Notes under the pieces: model-generated | Seen by the model: the letters and a program-made list of their open reading frames with translations, nothing else | What the model was told of the DNA's origin: nothing | The model's database searches: none | Position numbers and translations under genes: made by a program | Shown here: in pieces, positions 18,501-23,916 of the stretch | Numbering within the stretch: position 1 is the first letter of the stretch | How the letters are laid out: each line of letters opens with the position of its first letter | Source of the DNA: Candidatus Nanosynbacter lyticus | GTDB lineage: Bacteria > Patescibacteriota > Saccharimonadia > Saccharimonadales > Saccharimonadaceae | Length of the DNA: 32,000 nt | Assembly: GCF_030253515.1 (NCBI RefSeq) | Contig: NZ_CP124549.1 | Location: 1 to 32,000 of the forward strand | Direction: 5' to 3'

Positions 18501-18684
18501 CCAACGCGAGAGAGCGCTGTTTGACTTGGGCGAGATATGGCGAATAATCAAGCCGCGCCCGAGCCGCGTTAGCGGTTGGCGACAGCGCAAAAAACGTCAT
18601 GAGCATCGGAACGACTAATAGTGCGGCCAGCCCAACCAAGGTAATGCGAATACGTCGATGCGGGGTCTTTTTTTGCGTAAGCAT
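15544..18684 (-). CDS. VirB6/TrbL-like polytopic membrane protein, paralogue A (1046 aa) with Cys-rich N-terminal exodomain
   Basis: The signal peptide is KKTPHRRIRITLVGLAALLVVPMLMTFFALSPTANA. An exodomain of about 400 aa carries about 14 Cys. The conserved element PECAVKDLGWLICPV precedes the TM core shared with paralogue B. The cytoplasmic tail of about 370 aa ends in a P/N-rich tract. Confidence 0.7.
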   Translation of the reverse strand: MLTQKKTPHRRIRITLVGLAALLVVPMLMTFFALSPTANAARARLDYSPYLAQVKQRSLALAMSNCISHRQGFDSGLTPARIASGDWGGSFTTITTVGPVADGDDGQFSCKELVSATRDTFGYSSFTDMFCALKGEWRDNAGLDCISNITKGEYSGGRWNIPRDRGTYAIQVLEKKAGKSLKFDSALVNYSTAMAALLSAQNAGCKAEWRGYDSGDDAASNDIKADQRNKKTAVALTDSTAAYGYFYLPDAGKRVRMFHGADSPYGPSGGAKTEMSCAEIAQWASDNAEAAAKSAKTEAADNTRKAVYDTLLKKCIEKNGGGVGGPAEQICKQQVDSWMNACKDKMPSSGAVASSDEYIKCIAKQSNYSDGELKSALSGISADTPSGQSGGDEKKPECAVKDLGWLICPVVNFLADISDAAFAMIADNFLKIEPGLASGGEVQAAWGIMRNIANGAFIIMFLAIIISQLTGFGISNYGIKKMLPRLIIAAILVNVSIYICQIAVDLSNILGYSLRAGIGGIGDEITRANEIFQSGQGRGTWGGFALTILAAGTAGILALAVLIGALVSGLVVMATVAVLLIARKALIIILIVISPLAFVAFLLPNTEKLFSKWRSIFVGLLMVFPTIGLLFGGGILAGAVVKAGGGNDTIMQIVGELIKVLPLIAVWSVLKKAIDVAGAIGQHINNAGGSLGGSARNWAKDRYDSSRLGEMQKFRKQRRQRRKALMRAGAWEGTGALDKFWRNRKSRFSKRFNESALANNRFLGGDYGIRSAAEGQDAVDDEERKTAERMLDYRYNGDAAAALRGAGDNEILKHIAFKKLESTGKRGAEQMYEYLQGGGTISNRRMAETLTRMKDDHAGLFEMGRTAIDQMEQDGATSVSFSQQQMAELTAKGVSGLSDEKLARQTSSAIKVAGETEFTKGGQKMVGVSAERAASVLDNKRINTSISGSARKELENIRNSDRVAEPQELRVPHDMSGVTADDVKNAINSTVEINNITEAVPSDTPTGRTFVAGTGRGPAPPQSPPSAPPNNQNNRNNRNSNPPTAS

Positions 18685-18693
18685 TATGAGAAT

Positions 18694-18722
18694 ATATTAC
18701 CACGCTTATGCTAGTAATTCAA
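18694..18722 (-). promoter_or_regulatory. Putative promoter of the T4SS-like operon (TTGAAT-17-TAATAT, TG-extended)
   Basis: The minus strand reads TTGAAT (18722-18717), a 17-nt spacer ending TGG, then TAATAT (18699-18694). Only 9 nt separate the -10 from the ATG at 18684, and no SD is present. This is the geometry of a leaderless or near-leaderless transcript. Confidence 0.35.
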
Positions 18723-18747
18723 AAAGAGGGGCTCATCCCCTCTTTTT
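18721..18747 (-). terminator. Rho-independent terminator after the lipoprotein gene
   Basis: The sequence is AAAAAGAGGGG-CTCAT-CCCCTCTTTTT: a perfect 6-7 bp GC-rich stem and 5-nt loop flanked by A5 and T5. It could work in both directions. It lies 35 nt downstream of the 18782 stop. Confidence 0.7.
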
Positions 18748-18781
18748 GGTATGTTGCTATGCTGAGTGCGACCAGCTCACT

Positions 18782-19759
18782 TTAGGAGTCGACACCGCTG
18801 TAGCCAGTAACCTCGTCGTCGACAATTTGCCACAGATCACCGTTCTTAACCACCCTGAAAAGAGAACCGGTAGTTACACCATTGGTAATCGTTGATTCAT
18901 AAACAAGCTGGAGGCCTTGCGTCGGTAGTGTTTCGCCAGTCTTTGGGTCCACATAGGGCTTGGCTTCTGCAAACCTTACCTTTAGTACCTTAAACATTTC
19001 GGAGCCGGGTACATTTTTTTGATAGCCGCTCTCTTCCTTCTTATCCTTAGCATCCAGGAGTGCCACAATAGTCTTTCTGGCGGCATATTCTGAAGTTGAT
19101 ATCTTCCCGCTCCGCAGCATATCATCTAGAGCAGACTTCCTTAGCTCAGGATTCCCATAAAATGCCGCAGATGTAACCATTCTTGCAAAGTCAGGATCCC
19201 ACGGACCAGTGTCAAAACCTGCAACCACGGGACCGAGTATTTTGGCTGCAACTTCTTCGGCGGAGTCTGTTTCCGATGCGGGCTCTGTGCAGTATTTGCC
19301 AGGCTTAACGGCCGCCCCCGACGGATTATATAAGTCATTATTTGGGCTTTTGGTTCTTCCCCATATCGTGTCCTTCTTAAGTGTCTCCCTATACGGCACT
19401 AAGCGCTTTTCTAGTGGAAGGTTGGCAAACCTCTCTGGGGTTATGTCCTTGAACTCCTCCCTGACTTGATCGTATTTCTCCTCGGCTAGATCCTTTGGAT
19501 CAACAGTCTCAGACGGTGATGGTGAGGCAGATGGTGACTCTGATGGGTCTAATGAAGCGCTTGATGATGGGCTTTTCTCTGGTACTGCTAAGCGATCACC
19601 CCCACCACAGCCCGCAAGGCCCACTACAACTGTAGCGCCGAGAGTAACCCCGGCTAAAGCCTTTTTAAGCTTATCCTTAGCCCTCTCAAGAAGAGACGGC
19701 TTGTCAAGAGACGGACCGTCATTTAATGAACTACTTGGGTCATGGTTGTATCCTTCCAT
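18782..19759 (-). CDS. Lipoprotein, unknown function
   Basis: The lipobox is VVVGLAG-C (LAGC) after a hydrophobic stretch. An S/P-rich linker (SPSSSASLDPSESPSASPSPSE) follows, then a globular domain of about 220 aa. The 30-aa N-terminal region before the signal is unusually long, so the start is uncertain. Confidence 0.72.
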   Translation of the reverse strand: MEGYNHDPSSSLNDGPSLDKPSLLERAKDKLKKALAGVTLGATVVVGLAGCGGGDRLAVPEKSPSSSASLDPSESPSASPSPSETVDPKDLAEEKYDQVREEFKDITPERFANLPLEKRLVPYRETLKKDTIWGRTKSPNNDLYNPSGAAVKPGKYCTEPASETDSAEEVAAKILGPVVAGFDTGPWDPDFARMVTSAAFYGNPELRKSALDDMLRSGKISTSEYAARKTIVALLDAKDKKEESGYQKNVPGSEMFKVLKVRFAEAKPYVDPKTGETLPTQGLQLVYESTITNGVTTGSLFRVVKNGDLWQIVDDEVTGYSGVDS

Positions 19760-19955
19760 AACGCTTGGAGTCCTTTCTCTGGCCGGTGGCCAGTCATAGT
19801 GTAGTTTTAACCCACCTCAGAGTAGATAATTGGAACTCTGAATAACATCATTGTAACACATTATGAATATTTAGCAATACCCCGCGGCAACAAAATAAAC
19901 AAAACAACCCTTATGCTTTAGAAAAACGGGTTGTTGGATAACGAAAATCTAATTC

Positions 19956-20033
19956 TGGCGCGCCCGACCGGATTCGAACCGGCGATCTCCTCCGTGACAG
20001 GGAGGCGTGATAGGCCAACTTCACTACGGGCGC
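19956..20033 (-). tRNA. tRNA-Asp(GUC): tRNA-Asp (anticodon GUC), CCA encoded
   Basis: The reverse complement is GCGCCCGTAGTGAAGTTGGCCTATCACGCCTCCCTGTCACGGAGGAGATCGCCGGTTCGAATCCGGTCGGGCGCGCCA. The acceptor stem is 7 bp. The anticodon stem is CCTCC/GGAGG with loop CTGTCAC. The T-arm is GCCGG-TTCGAAT-CCGGT. Confidence 0.95.
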
Positions 20034-20082
20034 ATAACTTTCCGTATGATAGCAAACTTTTATGGCTTTTTCAAGAAATCGT

Positions 20083-20111
20083 TTGCATTTTTCCCGCCAC
20101 TATTTTACAAT
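20083..20111 (+). promoter_or_regulatory. Putative promoter of the pilin operon (TTGCAT-17-TACAAT)
   Basis: TTGCAT lies at 20083-20088, followed by a 17-nt spacer and TACAAT at 20106-20111. The ATG of the first pilin gene is 19 nt downstream. Confidence 0.45.
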
Positions 20112-20130
20112 TTAGGGTAAGAGATCCGTT

Positions 20131-20508
20131 ATGACAAAAAGAAATATTTTCATCACCGCTATCTTTCTCGCAACCATTATCTGCGGCGTCGTGCTGTCTG
20201 GTATGCCTGCGTTCGCTGATACTGAATGCGGCGGCGCAAAGACCTCGATCATTAATTGTAGCGGTGCGACTGGTGATGCTGCTATTCTCGGTATCATCAA
20301 AATGGTTATCCAGATCATGACTGCTGGTATCGGCATCTTGGCGGTCGGTACGGTGATATACGGCGGTATTCTCTATTCTGCGTCTGGCGGTAGTCCAGAC
20401 AATATCAAAAAGGCCAAAGAGCTCTGGGTTAACACTGCCATCGGTCTTCTTATCTTTGCATTTTTTGTAGCCATCACTAATTTCCTGATTCCTGGGGGGG
20501 TGTTCTGA
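20131..20508 (+). CDS. VirB2/TrbC-like T4SS pilin paralogue P1
   Basis: The 125-aa product has a signal peptide ending PAFA-DT and a Cys pair (TECGG...INCSG). Two hydrophobic helices flank the loop YGGILYSASGGSPDNIKKAKELW. Confidence 0.8.
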   Translation: MTKRNIFITAIFLATIICGVVLSGMPAFADTECGGAKTSIINCSGATGDAAILGIIKMVIQIMTAGIGILAVGTVIYGGILYSASGGSPDNIKKAKELWVNTAIGLLIFAFFVAITNFLIPGGVF

Positions 20509-20966
20509 TGAAGCATATTGTGATCGCGCTGGGGCTGATGATCGCGGGGTCACTGATGCTGTCGGTGATTCAAGCAACGCCGGCCAGCGCGGCCTGTGGC
20601 GGCAACATCTTGACGCTCAAGCCGTGGTACGACGGGCTGACCAAGTCGGATTGTAATCTCAAAGCGATTGTCGACAATAACGATAAGCGCGCCCAAAACG
20701 ATCCGGACAATTACGCCACGCTCAATGGCTTTATCTGGCGGGCGATACTGAATGTTGTCGAGGATTTGTTGCAGCTGGCGGGCTTTGTGACGGTCGGCTT
20801 TGTGATATACGGCGGCTTTTTGTACTTGACGAGCAATGGTGAGCCGGGACAGATGGCCAATGGCATGAAAACGGTGATTAATGCGGCGATCGGCCTGGTG
20901 ATTGCTATCGCCTCGGTGGCGCTGGTGAATGTCGTGGCTGACGGATTGGGGTTGCCACGATCATGA
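20508..20966 (+). CDS. VirB2/TrbC-like T4SS pilin paralogue P2 (longest variable region)
   Basis: The start overlaps the P1 stop (TGATG). The 152-aa product has a signal peptide ending ASA-AC, a Cys pair, and a variable segment of about 65 aa. The conserved core is VIYGGFLYLTSNGEPGQMANGMKTVINAAIGLVIAI. Confidence 0.78.
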   Translation: MKHIVIALGLMIAGSLMLSVIQATPASAACGGNILTLKPWYDGLTKSDCNLKAIVDNNDKRAQNDPDNYATLNGFIWRAILNVVEDLLQLAGFVTVGFVIYGGFLYLTSNGEPGQMANGMKTVINAAIGLVIAIASVALVNVVADGLGLPRS

Positions 20967-21262
20967 TGCGATTTGTAGCCGGTGTATTGGGGTCGCCAGA
21001 TTCGCTGGGCATTCCGACGAACGGTGCTTCGGCGGATGCACTGGGCAACATCCTCAATACGGTGTATTTCTTTGCCGGGGCGATCGCGATTTTGATGTTG
21101 GTGCTGGCCGGTATCAATTACGCCAATTCGGGCGGCGACACCAACAAGCTCACCAAGGCGAAAAACACCATCCTTGGTACCGTTATCGGCATTATTATCA
21201 TCCTCTCCGCATTTCTCATTACTAACTTTGTCATTAGTGGCATGAAAGGATCGGCAATATGA
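20963..21262 (+). CDS. VirB2/TrbC-like pilin paralogue P3 (no obvious signal peptide)
   Basis: There is an ATGA overlap with P2. The 99-aa product has the core LAGINYANSGGDTNKLTKAKNTILGTVIGIIIIL. Its N-terminus (MMRFVAGVLGSPDSLGIPTNGAS) lacks a clear hydrophobic signal. Confidence 0.7.
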   Translation: MMRFVAGVLGSPDSLGIPTNGASADALGNILNTVYFFAGAIAILMLVLAGINYANSGGDTNKLTKAKNTILGTVIGIIIILSAFLITNFVISGMKGSAI

Positions 21263-21624
21263 AAAAACTCGTAGTCATTATCGGCGTGATAGCGGCGCTC
21301 ATTGCCCCGTTGGTAGTCACCTCAAATGTATCCGCCCAGAGTGTCGACATTTACGGCGCCTGCTCGGGCTCCAGTGGTGAAGTCTGTAAAAACCGTGGCG
21401 CGACGGTACAGCCACTGTTTAGGAACCTCATCAATGCTATCTTGCTCATCCTCGGCGCCATTTCTGTCATCATGATCATCATTGGCGGCTTTCAGTATGT
21501 GACCTCGGCCGGCGACTCTAATAAGGTTAAAACTGCCAAGTCGACCATTATGTACGCGGTGATCGGTGTCGCCGTAGCGCTTCTATCGTATGCCATTGTT
21601 GATTTTGTGTTTGGCAAAATATAA
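21259..21624 (+). CDS. VirB2/TrbC-like T4SS pilin paralogue P4
   Basis: There is an ATGA overlap with P3. The 121-aa product has a signal peptide ending VSA-QS and a Cys pair (GACSGSSGEVCKN). The core is IGGFQYVTSAGDSNKVKTAKSTIMYAVIGV. Confidence 0.82.
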   Translation: MKKLVVIIGVIAALIAPLVVTSNVSAQSVDIYGACSGSSGEVCKNRGATVQPLFRNLINAILLILGAISVIMIIIGGFQYVTSAGDSNKVKTAKSTIMYAVIGVAVALLSYAIVDFVFGKI

Positions 21625-21641
21625 GAAAAAAGGAGAAATGT

Positions 21642-22016
21642 ATGAAACGATATAGAAAAACCCTCGTAGCCGCCGTTTTGTCATTAGCGGTTGCTGTCGT
21701 GGCCGTCGTCATGCCGATCGCCCTGCCGTCCGCGTCGGCCCAATTTAAGAGCGGTTTGGATGCAGCTCGAACGGATGAGATGAGCACGAAGCCTATTGGC
21801 ACCACCATTGGCGAGGTGGTTAATATCTTTCTCTACTTCGTCGGTGCGGTGGCAGTTATCGTTGTGATCTGGGGCGGTTTTCAGTACATTACCTCGTCAG
21901 GCGATAGCCAGAAAGCGACCACTGCTAAAAACACCATCATGTACGCGGTGATCGGTATCGTTGTGGTGGTCATGTCGTACGCTATCGTTAACTGGGTCTT
22001 TGGCTTGTTTAAGTAG
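21642..22016 (+). CDS. VirB2/TrbC-like T4SS pilin paralogue P5
   Basis: An AGGAG SD is present. The 124-aa product has a signal peptide ending ASA-QF and no Cys. The core is WGGFQYITSSGDSQKATTAKNTIMYAVIGI. Confidence 0.82.
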   Translation: MKRYRKTLVAAVLSLAVAVVAVVMPIALPSASAQFKSGLDAARTDEMSTKPIGTTIGEVVNIFLYFVGAVAVIVVIWGGFQYITSSGDSQKATTAKNTIMYAVIGIVVVVMSYAIVNWVFGLFK

Positions 22017-22074
22017 CTAAATGATGATAGAATAACAGCTGAAACCATATCAAATAATAAACGAGGAATAAAGA

Positions 22075-22455
22075 ATGAACAAGTTAAAACTCATTGTTGT
22101 CGGCGTTGTGGCCACTCTGGCATTGGCATTTGCAACGGTCCCAGTAGCTCATGCAGACTACAACCTGGATAAGGGTATCAGTGACTCAAAGGGTGACCGG
22201 GTTGCCGAGAAGGTCGATGATCCACAGCAACTGGTCAAGGGTATCGTCAACGGTATTCTCTACTTCGTCGGTATCTTGTCAGTGATTATGTTGATCTGGG
22301 GCGGTATCCTTTACACGACTTCATCTGGTGACTCGAATAAGGTGACTACTGCTAAAAACACCATCATGTACGCAGTAATTGGTTTAGTGGTGGCGATCTT
22401 TGCCTATGCGATCGTTAACTTTGTTCTCACAACATCGCGCGGTGTAAGTTCATAA
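22075..22455 (+). CDS. VirB2/TrbC-like T4SS pilin paralogue P6
   Basis: A GAGGA SD is present. The 126-aa product has a signal peptide ending AHA-DY and no Cys. The core is WGGILYTTSSGDSNKVTTAKNTIMYAVIGL. Confidence 0.82.
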   Translation: MNKLKLIVVGVVATLALAFATVPVAHADYNLDKGISDSKGDRVAEKVDDPQQLVKGIVNGILYFVGILSVIMLIWGGILYTTSSGDSNKVTTAKNTIMYAVIGLVVAIFAYAIVNFVLTTSRGVSS

Positions 22456-22479
22456 ACCGCATCTTGTCTATGACAAATT

Positions 22480-22509
22480 CACCCCCGTTTATGGCGAGGG
22501 TGTTTTATT
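22480..22509 (+). terminator. Rho-independent terminator of the pilin operon
   Basis: The hairpin is CACCCCCG-TTTATGG-CGAGGGTG, an 8-bp stem with one C:A mismatch, followed by TTTTATT. It starts 25 nt after the P6 stop. Confidence 0.55.
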
Positions 22510-22567
22510 CTGGTTGTCTGGCGGCGTCAAATACGACGACTACGACACTAACGGATTTGACGAAGGA

Positions 22568-23056
22568 CTACAAGACCTGGATTTTCTTGGCGCGTTCTTG
22601 CTTGATCTTTTCAAACGTGATGGTGAGCACGCCGTCTTTGAGTTCGGCCTTGACGCCTTCTTCGTTGACCGCGACGGGTAGCGCCAGGGTGCGGCTAAAC
22701 TCACCCCAGTAGCATTCTTGGATGTGCCAGTTCTTGACGTCGGTCTCGTCGCCGCTTGATAGGGTGCCGCTGATCGTGAGGATGCCGTCGGAGATGCTGA
22801 CGTCTAGGTCGTTACGATCAACGCCGGCGGTCCGGGCCTTGATAATAAGTTCGGTTTCTGATTCAAATACATCGACCGCTAGCTGCCCCATCAAATCATC
22901 GGCCTCATCCTCCCAGTCATCCTCAGGAGTGGGCGCTGCGGTAGCCGGTGCTGCTGCGGGTGCGGCTGGTTGCGGCGCGTCATTAGCCAGATCATCATTC
23001 AAGAAAGCTGCGGTTAGCTCATCTTCGATTAACAAATCGTCGTTTCTGCGTGCCAT
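22568..23056 (-). CDS. hsp20: Small heat-shock protein, Hsp20/alpha-crystallin family
   Basis: A GGAGG SD is present. The alpha-crystallin domain pattern reads LAVDVFESETELIIKARTAGVDRNDLDVSISDGILTISG...GEFSRTLALPVAVNEEGVKAELKDGVLTITFEK. The N-terminal arm is acidic and Ala/Pro-rich. Confidence 0.9.
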   Translation of the reverse strand: MARRNDDLLIEDELTAAFLNDDLANDAPQPAAPAAAPATAAPTPEDDWEDEADDLMGQLAVDVFESETELIIKARTAGVDRNDLDVSISDGILTISGTLSSGDETDVKNWHIQECYWGEFSRTLALPVAVNEEGVKAELKDGVLTITFEKIKQERAKKIQVL

Positions 23057-23098
23057 GTTTCCTCCGCCTTTATAGGCTGATTGACAATATCATCTATT

Positions 23099-23127
23099 AG
23101 TATAACGGTTATGTGCGCTATAATCAA
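23099..23127 (-). promoter_or_regulatory. Putative hsp20 promoter (TTGATT-17-TATACT)
   Basis: The minus strand reads TTGATT (23127-23122), a 17-nt spacer, then TATACT (23104-23099), about 42 nt upstream of the ATG. No CIRCE-like inverted repeat was seen. A plus-strand TATAAT (23119-23124) for comF overlaps the same region. Confidence 0.45.
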
Positions 23128-23151
23128 GAGTGAAAGGCGAAAAAGCGAAAA

Positions 23152-23916
23152 ATGCCTATTGATACGTTATTATCATATATCGCGCCGCATTATTGTTATG
23201 GTTGCGATGCGACTGGCTCGCTTTTGTGTCGGTCGTGTCTTGCGGCAGAAAAGCGGAGCCGCTATCAGGTCTGTGTGATTTGTGGACAGCCGTGCGCTAA
23301 TGGCAATGCGTGTCGGCGACATGCCCTGCCCTACGAGGCGCTCGACTGTGTGCTGTGGCGGCGAGGTGCGGTGGCGCGGCTGATTGATGGTTATAAGTTT
23401 CACCGCGTGCGTGCCGCCAGTGGGGTGTTGGCTCAGTTCCTAGACGAACTGCTCCCAGAATACGACACCTCGACGGTGGTTGTGCCGGTGCCGACGGCTC
23501 CTGCCAATATTCGTAAGCGCGGCTATGATCATATGTTGCTGGTTGCTCGGCAATTTGCCCGGCGGCGGGGACTGAGGGTCGAACGGCCACTGGTCAGACA
23601 GACGAATGTGACGCAGCATTATGCCCGCTCGGCGGCTGAGCGGCGAAAGCAGGCGCAGCAGTTTTTCCGCGCGCGTGGCGTTCGGGCCGATGTTCCCTAT
23701 CTGATTTTGGATGATATTTTCACCACTGGCTCAACGATTGCAGCGGCAGCCCAAATGCTACGAGCGGCTGGTGCGCGGGACATTCGCGTGGGGATTATCG
23801 CTCGCCAGGGGAACGATAAAAAGGCTACTGTAAAGACACCGCCACATCCTAGTCGTGATGATACGAACCACCCCGAGCGATCTCTTGGGCGCGGTACAGC
23901 TGCTCGGCGAGAATGA
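23152..23916 (+). CDS. comF: ComF-family protein (ComFC-like phosphoribosyltransferase-fold, N-terminal Cys4 zinc-finger)
   Basis: The N-terminal Cys clusters are CYGCDATGSLLCRSC and CVICGQPC. The PRTase motif is PYLILDDIFTTGSTIAAA. The last approximately 22 codons overlap the 3' end of rlmH on the other strand. Confidence 0.8.
   Translation: MPIDTLLSYIAPHYCYGCDATGSLLCRSCLAAEKRSRYQVCVICGQPCANGNACRRHALPYEALDCVLWRRGAVARLIDGYKFHRVRAASGVLAQFLDELLPEYDTSTVVVPVPTAPANIRKRGYDHMLLVARQFARRRGLRVERPLVRQTNVTQHYARSAAERRKQAQQFFRARGVRADVPYLILDDIFTTGSTIAAAAQMLRAAGARDIRVGIIARQGNDKKATVKTPPHPSRDDTNHPERSLGRGTAARRE

Noticed and set aside
19779-19935. Small hairpins in the lipoprotein leader (CTGGCC-GGT-GGCCAG, 19779-19793) and after tRNA-Asp (AACAACCC-17 nt-GGGTTGTT, 19903-19935)
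   Set aside because: The first is short and could arise by chance. The second has a 17-nt loop, so it is only a weak terminator candidate for tRNA-Asp.
19956-20033. tRNA-Asp as an integration site (att) for the T4SS block as an ICE or genomic island
   Set aside because: I noticed no integrase, no excisionase, no relaxase, and no direct repeat of the tRNA 3' end at the other side of the block. The other boundary is dnaN.
19931-20577. ORFs 19931..20134 (+), 20071..20577 (-) and 20112..20336 (-)
   Set aside because: The first overlaps tRNA-Asp. The others are antisense shadows of pilin P1/P2 and the promoter region. The pilin frame has clear family features.
22464-23075. Plus-strand ORFs 22464..22712 and 22722..23075
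   Set aside because: They are antisense to the well-supported hsp20 gene, and the first also spans the pilin operon terminator. Their low-complexity Ser/Ala translation is typical of shadow frames.
23081-23278. ORF 23081..23278 (+) upstream of and overlapping comF
   Set aside because: It starts in the hsp20/comF promoter region on a non-ATG codon and runs out of frame into comF. The ComF frame carries the Cys4 and PRTase motifs.
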